Shown here: piece after piece, positions 57,663 through 64,000 of the stretch
How positions within the stretch are numbered: the first letter of the stretch is position 1
Layout of the letters: each line of letters starts with the position of its first letter
NCBI GenBank assembly: GCA_963699705.1
Contig: CAVOUW010000002.1
Coordinates: 909,970-973,969, forward strand
Direction of reading: 5' to 3'
Source: an uncultured delta proteobacterium
GTDB taxonomy: Bacteria; Desulfobacterota; Binatia; Binatales; Binataceae
Length of the DNA stretch: 64,000 bases
Program-made: the position numbers and the translations under genes
Notes under the pieces: generated by a model
Told to the model about the DNA's origin: nothing
Seen by the model: the letters and a program-made list of their open reading frames with translations, nothing else
The model's database searches: none

Positions 57663-58327
57663 TCCACCGGCGGATTTACCAGCGGCGAAGAATTTGGCGT
57701 CGACGAGTCGCCCTTGATGATCACGCGGCGCCCTTCGATTTCAAGACGGCCCTGCTGGAACAGCGAGATCGCGTGTGGAAAAATGCGATGCTCTTGCTGC
57801 AGGATGCGCGCGGCGAGGCGATCCTCGTCGTCGCCGGCGAGCACCGGCACAGCGGCTTGCACGATCACCGGGCCGACATCGACGCCCGGAGTGACGAAGA
57901 AAACGGTGCATCCCGCGATCTTGACGCCGTATTCGATCGCGTCCTTCGGGCCGTGGATTCCGGGAAACGCCGGCAGCAGGCTGTTGTGAATATTCATGAT
58001 GCGAGCCGGGAACGCGTCGAGCATCACGGGCGACAGCAGGCGCATGAAGCCCGCGAGCGCGACCAGTTCGACCGAGCGATCGCGCAGCGCGGCGAGGACG
58101 GCGCGATCGAAGTCCTCGCGCGAGGCAAACTTGCGATGCTCGATGACCGCGGTCTCGATTCCGTGGCGACGGGCGCGCTCGAGTCCCTGCGCGTCGGGAC
58201 GATTGGAAACGACGATGCGGATTTCGGCTTTCAGATCGCCGCGGAGAATTGCGTCGATGATCGCCTGCAGGTTGGATCCGGTGCCGGAAATCAGGACGCC
58301 GAGTTTGACCGTCGGATTTTCCGCCAT
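57659..58327 (-). CDS. purN: Phosphoribosylglycinamide formyltransferase
   Basis: GSNLQAI…; NIHNSLLP; 222 aa; ATGA overlap with the downstream gene. Confidence 0.85.
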   Translation of the reverse strand: MAENPTVKLGVLISGTGSNLQAIIDAILRGDLKAEIRIVVSNRPDAQGLERARRHGIETAVIEHRKFASREDFDRAVLAALRDRSVELVALAGFMRLLSPVMLDAFPARIMNIHNSLLPAFPGIHGPKDAIEYGVKIAGCTVFFVTPGVDVGPVIVQAAVPVLAGDDEDRLAARILQQEHRIFPHAISLFQQGRLEIEGRRVIIKGDSSTPNSSPLVNPPVD

Positions 58328-58350
58328 CGAATTAGCCGTTGTTCAATCGC

Positions 58351-59385
58351 TCAGCGGATCGACACTCCGCGCTTGCCGCGCGTCACTTCGCCGACAACAT
58401 AGGCCGCAAATTCGCGTCGGCGCAAATGAGCGACGACGCGATCGGCCTCGCGCGCGGGTACGATCGCGACCATTCCGAGCCCGTTGTTGAACGTACGATC
58501 CATTTCGGCGCGATCGATTTTACCCAGGCGTTGAATCAATCCGAAAATCGGCGGCGTCGGCCAGCTCCCGCGCTCGACGATTGCACGAGTGTCCTTGGGC
58601 ATCACGCGCGGAAGGTTTTCGAGCACGCCGCCGCCGGTGATATTCGCGAGACCGTTTATTTTGAAGCGCTCGAACAATTCGCCGACGACTTTCGCGTAGA
58701 TCAGTGTGGGACGCAGGAGTTCTTCGCCGAGCGTGCATCCAAGTTCTGCGATGCGCGCATCGAGGTTGAGTTTCGCGCGCTTCACGACGCGGCGCACCAG
58801 CGAAAAACCGTTGGAGTGGAGGCCGCTCGATGCGAGTCCGATCAAAACGTCGCCGGCGCGCACGTTGGACGGCTCGGGGATTTGCGCGCGCTCGACGATT
58901 CCCACTGCGAAGCCTGCCAGGTCGTACTCGCCTGGCTTATAGAGTCCGCTGAGCTGCGCGGTTTCGCCTCCGACCAGGCTCATACCGGCGAGGTCGCATC
59001 CGCGCGCGACGCCCTTGACGAGATCGAGCGCGACCTTCTTTTCGAGCTTGCCCGAGCCGATGTAATCGAGAAAAAAAAGCGGACGCGCGGCGTGGCAGAT
59101 GATGTCGTTGACGCACATCGCGACGCAGTCGATACCGACGGTGTCGTGGCGGCCGGTCTGGAACGCGATCATTAGCTTGGTGCCGACGCTGTCGGTGCCT
59201 GCGACCAGCACGGGCGCGCGCATTTTGCGGGCGCCGTTGAGTCCGACCAACGCGCCGAATCCGCCGACGCCGCCGATGACATGAGCGCCGGAGGTGGCCT
59301 TCGCGATCGAGCCGAACAGCGGAATCAGGCTCTGCTTGAGCGCAATATCGACCCCGGCCTCTTTGTAAGTCATCCCCGAGGCCAT
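58351..59385 (-). CDS. purM: Phosphoribosylformylglycinamidine cyclo-ligase
   Basis: AIR synthase motifs (YKEAGVDI…GTDSVGTK…). Confidence 0.9.
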   Translation of the reverse strand: MASGMTYKEAGVDIALKQSLIPLFGSIAKATSGAHVIGGVGGFGALVGLNGARKMRAPVLVAGTDSVGTKLMIAFQTGRHDTVGIDCVAMCVNDIICHAARPLFFLDYIGSGKLEKKVALDLVKGVARGCDLAGMSLVGGETAQLSGLYKPGEYDLAGFAVGIVERAQIPEPSNVRAGDVLIGLASSGLHSNGFSLVRRVVKRAKLNLDARIAELGCTLGEELLRPTLIYAKVVGELFERFKINGLANITGGGVLENLPRVMPKDTRAIVERGSWPTPPIFGLIQRLGKIDRAEMDRTFNNGLGMVAIVPAREADRVVAHLRRREFAAYVVGEVTRGKRGVSIR

Positions 59386-59960
59386 CAGATCGATTTCCTT
59401 CGCCGCGCGAGCATCGACGCGCGATAAGCGTGATCGCCGTTTGGATACGAAACCAGGCCTTCGCGGTATTCTTCGATATCGAGTCCGCCTGCGAGCGCGC
59501 GAAGCTCTCCGTGCGCGAGTAGAAAGCGCGGATCGCGCGGATTACCGACCGCAGCCTGGTCAACCAGAAAGGTGTCGGCAACCAAAATGCCGCCAGGCAG
59601 GAGCGCGCGCTCGAATTTCGGGAACAGAGCACGGTCGAGGAAATTTATGTTCACGATAGCGTCGAGCGATTCGTCCTTGAGATGAAAGTTATCCAAGTTC
59701 GCGACCACGGGCCAGATGGCGAGTCGCTCGGCGCGTGCAGTCGCGGCGAGTAACCGCATCGCTTCGGCTGAGAAATCAACTGCGATAACTGGTATGCCCG
59801 CGCGCGCGAGTGGCAGCGAGTTGCGGCCGCGTCCTGCGGCGACGTCGAGGACGAGACCGCGTGGGATTCGCGCGAGCATCGCGGCGAGGAAAGGTTCCGC
59901 GACGCCGGCCGGCTTGCCGCGATGGCAGTCATCCCATTCGGCACGTCCCGCCTGGCTCAT
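59385..59960 (-). CDS. Class I SAM-dependent methyltransferase
   Basis: Motif I VLDVAAGRGRNS; start chosen at MSQAGRAEWD. Confidence 0.6.
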   Translation of the reverse strand: MSQAGRAEWDDCHRGKPAGVAEPFLAAMLARIPRGLVLDVAAGRGRNSLPLARAGIPVIAVDFSAEAMRLLAATARAERLAIWPVVANLDNFHLKDESLDAIVNINFLDRALFPKFERALLPGGILVADTFLVDQAAVGNPRDPRFLLAHGELRALAGGLDIEEYREGLVSYPNGDHAYRASMLARRRKSI

Positions 59961-60703
59961 AGCACGCGCGCGAGCGTGAAAACGTCCACGGATGCTGCGC
60001 CTGCCGCGATTAACACGCGGGCGCATTCGTCAACCGTAGCACCCGTCGTCATTACGTCATCGACGATTAGAATTCGACGATTCCTGACGCGTAAGGAATC
60101 CTTGACGGTGAAGGCGCGGCGCACGTTTTTGATTCGCTCGTCGTGATGCTGCGCGGTCTGCGGCGGAGTGAAGCGCTGGCGCGACATCGCAGTCGTGTCG
60201 AGCGGAAGGTCGAGTCGGCGCGCGACCTCCGCGGCTAGCAGCGCGGCCTGGTTGAATCCACGCCACCATAGTCGCCGCCAATGAAGCGGCACGGGAATCA
60301 CCAGGTCGTAGTCGTCAGCCGACACCGGCAGTTCGTCGCCCAGGTATTCAACCAGCGCACGCCCCACAGATTGATCGAGGCCGTACTTGTGACGCCGAAT
60401 CAGCGCCGGCAGCGTGCCGGGCTCGTCCTCGGCTGTGGTGCGATAACGCGCGACGGTGCGCGCGATTCGATAGCGTGGCGGATGCGCGAGACATCGACTG
60501 CATCGGACCGCGTCATTGCTGGCGGATTCGAGCGGGCCGCCGCATACTTCGCAGCGCGGATTCGGCACCAGCTCGACCCGCGCGACACATCGGGCACAAA
60601 CGCGGCGACTGGGTTCGGACGCCAGCGGCGCTCCGCACGCGGCGCATTTGGGCGGATAGAGAAAGTCGAGGGCAGTCGCGAAGGTTTGTGCGAACGCGGG
60701 CAT
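59957..60703 (-). CDS. comF: ComF-family protein (Cys4 zinc-finger plus phosphoribosyltransferase domain)
   Basis: CxxC…CxxC N-terminus; PRTase motif ILIVDDVMTTGAT. Confidence 0.75.
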   Translation of the reverse strand: MPAFAQTFATALDFLYPPKCAACGAPLASEPSRRVCARCVARVELVPNPRCEVCGGPLESASNDAVRCSRCLAHPPRYRIARTVARYRTTAEDEPGTLPALIRRHKYGLDQSVGRALVEYLGDELPVSADDYDLVIPVPLHWRRLWWRGFNQAALLAAEVARRLDLPLDTTAMSRQRFTPPQTAQHHDERIKNVRRAFTVKDSLRVRNRRILIVDDVMTTGATVDECARVLIAAGAASVDVFTLARVL

Positions 60704-60762
60704 ATATGATTGATCCGTCCGACCGCGCCCAAACTCAAGGGGGTTGTGGTATAGAAAAAAGC

Positions 60763-61977
60763 ATGAGCGGACCGCTTGACGGAATCAGGATTATCGATTG
60801 GACCATCTGGCAGCAGGGGCCGGTCGCGACGCAGATGCTGGCCGACTTGGGCGCAGAAGTGATCAAAATTGAGGAACGCGAGCGGGGCGACCCCGGCCGC
60901 GGGATTACGGCAGTCGCGGGCAGCGCGACGGTCAAGAGCGGGCGCAATTATTATTTCGAGGCCAACAACAAGCACAAGAAAAGTATCGCGCTGAATCTGA
61001 AGCAGCCGGAGGCGCGCGAAATCGTGCATCGACTGGCGCGTCACAGCGACGTCTTCGTCCAGAATTTTCGCAAGGGCGTCGCGCATCGGCTCGGCCTCGG
61101 CTATGCGGACCTTTGCGCGCTCAACCCGCGAATTATTTACGCGAGCGCTTCGGGTTACGGCCCGGAGGGGCCGGACAGCGGCGAGCCGTCGTTCGACTAC
61201 CTCGGGCAGGCACGATCGGGAATCATGAACGCGGTTGGCACCGGGAGCACCGCGCCGACTTACGTTTACGGCGGTATCGCCGATCAGATGGGCGCGATCA
61301 TGCTGGCGTACGGAGTGCTGGCGGCGCTGTTCGCGCGCGAGCGGACGGGCATCGGGCAGGAAGTTGACGCGTCGCATCTCGGCTCGATGATGGCGCTGCA
61401 GGGTCTCAACGTGGTCGCGCGAACGATCATGGGAAAGGAATTTCCGCGCAACACGCGCGCGAACGCGTACAATCCTCTGTGGAACCATTATCGATGCGCC
61501 GACGACAAATGGATCTCGCTGGCGATGCTGCAGCCCGACCGCTACTGGAAAGATTTCTGCGAAGTCGTCGGCAAGGCGGAACTGATCGAGGATCCACGCT
61601 TTGCTGAAGTCAAAATTCGCGGTAAGAACTCGGCCGCGCTGGTCGCGATATTCGACGAGGTGTTCGCGACGCGCCCGCGCCACGAATGGATGCGAGTGCT
61701 TAAGGGTCGCGGCGACTTTATCTACACGATCGTCAATTCGGTGACCGACCTGCCCGACGATCCGCAAGTCCGGGCCAACGATTACGTGGTCGACTACGAC
61801 CATCCTGCGCTCGGCAACCTGACGTTGCTCGGGATGCCGGTGAAGTTGAGCGTGACGCCGGGCGAGCCGCGCGGGCATGCGCCGGAACTCGGCGAGCATA
61901 CCGAGCTGCTGCTGACCGAGATGCTCGGCTACTCGTGGGACGATGTCGCGCGGCTGCGCGAGGCCAACGTGATTTGA
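60763..61977 (+). CDS. CaiB/BaiF family III CoA-transferase
   Basis: GIRIIDWT…GP…LADLGAEVIKIE; 404 aa. Confidence 0.8.
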   Translation: MSGPLDGIRIIDWTIWQQGPVATQMLADLGAEVIKIEERERGDPGRGITAVAGSATVKSGRNYYFEANNKHKKSIALNLKQPEAREIVHRLARHSDVFVQNFRKGVAHRLGLGYADLCALNPRIIYASASGYGPEGPDSGEPSFDYLGQARSGIMNAVGTGSTAPTYVYGGIADQMGAIMLAYGVLAALFARERTGIGQEVDASHLGSMMALQGLNVVARTIMGKEFPRNTRANAYNPLWNHYRCADDKWISLAMLQPDRYWKDFCEVVGKAELIEDPRFAEVKIRGKNSAALVAIFDEVFATRPRHEWMRVLKGRGDFIYTIVNSVTDLPDDPQVRANDYVVDYDHPALGNLTLLGMPVKLSVTPGEPRGHAPELGEHTELLLTEMLGYSWDDVARLREANVI

Positions 61978-61995
61978 ATTTCGAGGAGTGATACG

Positions 61996-62428
61996 ATGCC
62001 AATAACCGGATCAATCGAGGACCGCGAGGAAGTTCGCGTGCTGCATGCGCGCTACTGCCTGACGATCGACACCTGCCGCTACGACGAGTGGATCGATTGC
62101 TTCACCGAAGACGGCACCTTCGAAAGTCCGCGCTTCGGTAAGCACAGCGGACGCGACGGCCTCAAGCGATTCACGGCGATGTATAAGGAGTCGCTCGGTG
62201 GCGCGAAGGTGCTCCACGTCGTCGCCAATCCGGCATTCGATCTCGACGGCGACCGCGGCAGCGGCACATCGTATCTGCTCTACTATCACTGCAAGGATGG
62301 CAAGGTGCAGCAATGCGACGGTGGGTTACTACACCGACAAGTTGCGCAAAACGCCGGCGGGATGGCGCTTTGTGAGCCGTCAAGTGACGATACTCGGGCA
62401 CACGATTAGGTCACTTTATTTAATTTGA
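61996..62428 (+). pseudogene. NTF2/SnoaL-like family protein, split by a 1-nt frame disruption near 62305-62320
   Basis: N-terminal 105 aa in frame 1 (…YLLYYHCKDGKVQQ), C-terminus (…ATVGYYTDKLRKTPAGWRFVSRQVTILGHTI) in frame 2 (ORF 62198..62428). Confidence 0.5.
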
Positions 62429-62590
62429 AACCCACCGTGGGTTTCAAACTTCTTGCGGCAGGGCTGAGCCCTGCACCCAGTGTTTGAAAAAAGTGCAGGC
62501 GCCGGATCGCGATGCGATCCGACGCCGCATGTTTTTTGCTTTCTGTCCCCTCTCCAGAAGGGAGAGGGGCTAGGGGAGAGGTGGCGTTCC

Positions 62591-64000
62591 CTAGAAAGCG
62601 GCGTACCAGGGGACTTCGTGCGGGTTTTGCACTTCCCAATTTATGTTGAATGCCTGTAGCAGCGTGCCGTCGGAATGCTCCAGCGCGAGCTTGGCGTTTT
62701 CGAGATCGACGTCGGCCTGCACCTCATTGCCTTCGGCGCTCACTTCCTCTTGCTGGAATTGCAACAGGTCGTGCGTCGTCGCCATTCCGACGCGGAATCT
62801 GATCTGCTCATCGTGCAGCGACTGGCGTGCATAGAAAGTCGCCGACGCGGTCGCCTGCGCCCGCTTATAATCCGCATACAAATTAGCGAGCGCGCTTTGT
62901 ACATTGACGACTGTCTGCGACAGCGCCGCTCGATACAGCACGCGCTGCTGATCGTATTGCACGCGCGCCTGCGCGAGAGCCGCGCGCGGCACGGCATTGT
63001 CCAGCGGCATCTGGAACGTCAGCACGGCGGCGTAGTTGTAGTAGGTGAAACCCCACAGGCGATCGAGCGCGTCGCCGTAGATTCCGCCGAACGGCAGCTT
63101 GTTGCCAGGAGTGGTAACTCCGCCAACCGTAACTGAACAGTTGGGATTCGTCGTCGGAAAAGATCTGCTTGCCTGACAAGGAGTAGTACCGGCCACTGAG
63201 GTCAGGCCGAATTGGGCGCCGAGGTTGAGCTGCGGCAAGACTTGGTTTTCCGAGAACTTCACTTGCAGTAACGCGTCGCGAATCGCCTCGCGCATACTGC
63301 CGAGCGACGGCACGTACTGCACCGCGAGCTCGAGTGCGCGTTCCTCATCGACGCCGACCTGCTCCTGCGGATTGGGCCGCGTCAGCGGCTGGATTTCCTC
63401 GGGCAGGAAGGTGCCGTACGGATTAAGCATCACGTCCTGCCGAAGCTGGGTGCGAGAATTTTTCAGGTTGGCCTCGGCGGTATAGACGTTAGCCTCGGAA
63501 GTGGCGGCCGCGGATTGTGCTTCCTGCAGATCGATCGGCGCCAACGTGCCAACCTTGACGCTGATCGCATTCTGGCGCACGAGATCGAGATTGAAGCGCA
63601 GCGCGGCGCGCGCGACCTCGAGATTTTCCTCGGAGAGCACGACGTTCCAGTACTCGCCGCCAATTCTCTGCACGAAATCCTGCAGCGCCTGCCCGTAGGT
63701 CCATTGCGCCTGCTTCTGACCCGACTCCGCGATTTGCACGTTTATAGTCGCGAACTGCCAGCCGAAGTTCTGCAGCAATGGCTGCGAGAGTGAGAGTGCG
63801 AGGCTCGGCGCGTAGGCCGGGTTCACGCCGGAGAAACTCGAATTCGACAGCGCGCGATCGTTGTCGAAGGTCACGCCCCAGGTCCCGTTGGTAATCGCAG
63901 ACACTTTGTTGAGGCCGAAGTTCCAATCGTAAAATTTTTGCACGAACGAAGTACTGCCACCGGTCTGCAAGGCCGACGTCACCGGCACGACACTCTTTTC
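62591..64000 (-). CDS. TolC-family outer-membrane efflux protein; the N-terminus lies beyond the window end
   Basis: Alternating helical/beta repeats; C-terminal …VPWYAAF; frame still open at 64000. Confidence 0.7.
   Translation of the reverse strand, partial: EKSVVPVTSALQTGGSTSFVQKFYDWNFGLNKVSAITNGTWGVTFDNDRALSNSSFSGVNPAYAPSLALSLSQPLLQNFGWQFATINVQIAESGQKQAQWTYGQALQDFVQRIGGEYWNVVLSEENLEVARAALRFNLDLVRQNAISVKVGTLAPIDLQEAQSAAATSEANVYTAEANLKNSRTQLRQDVMLNPYGTFLPEEIQPLTRPNPQEQVGVDEERALELAVQYVPSLGSMREAIRDALLQVKFSENQVLPQLNLGAQFGLTSVAGTTPCQASRSFPTTNPNCSVTVGGVTTPGNKLPFGGIYGDALDRLWGFTYYNYAAVLTFQMPLDNAVPRAALAQARVQYDQQRVLYRAALSQTVVNVQSALANLYADYKRAQATASATFYARQSLHDEQIRFRVGMATTHDLLQFQQEEVSAEGNEVQADVDLENAKLALEHSDGTLLQAFNINWEVQNPHEVPWYAAF

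Overview
This 64 kb window is a high-GC (about 63%), gene-dense chromosomal segment from a Gram-negative bacterium. Supporting that: pqiABC, a TolC-like gene, OM beta-barrel genes and an HlyD/ABC efflux operon. There is no rRNA or CRISPR array; there is one tRNA, tRNA-Arg(UCG) at 54019..54095.

Main content, in order:
- A pqiA(partial)-pqiB-pqiC membrane-transport operon, followed by a DUF3300/DUF2950 gene pair.
- A 2-TM K+ channel and two paralogous OM beta-barrel proteins.
- A giant 1457-aa Cys-rich secreted G8/beta-helix (CEMIP/TMEM2-like) protein, with NHL-repeat and small secreted lipoproteins next to it.
- A minus-strand aromatic meta-cleavage-type catabolic cluster (roughly 21.6-30.4 kb): TetR, HpaB-family monooxygenase, aldehyde dehydrogenase, FAH-family hydrolase, VOC extradiol dioxygenase, two acyl-CoA dehydrogenases and a DUF1932 dehydrogenase. 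An enoyl-CoA hydratase and an MFS transporter are transcribed divergently from it.
- aqpZ, a CPA2-Usp antiporter, a CYTH-containing three-gene cluster and a DksA/TraR-like zinc-finger protein carrying an AT-hook.
- A PAS two-component cluster and a TetR-HlyD-ABC efflux operon.
- tRNA-Arg with an adjacent lower-GC hicAB toxin-antitoxin islet that has a near-consensus sigma70 promoter.
- purN, purM, comF and a CoA-transferase.

Observations beyond the gene list:
- Five genes are each interrupted by a single-base frame disruption: DUF3300, the NHL lipoprotein, the second ACAD, HpaB and an NTF2-like gene. This is either real pseudogenisation or indel errors in the assembly.
- Three families of short palindromic REP-like intergenic elements recur, one containing a CCTAACCCCTAACCCC motif.
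- A roughly 290 bp nested, MITE-like palindromic element sits between convergent genes.
- Putative tandem TetR operators lie in a divergent promoter.

No obvious complete defence or secretion system is visible; the uncharacterised clusters that could hide one are flagged in the findings.
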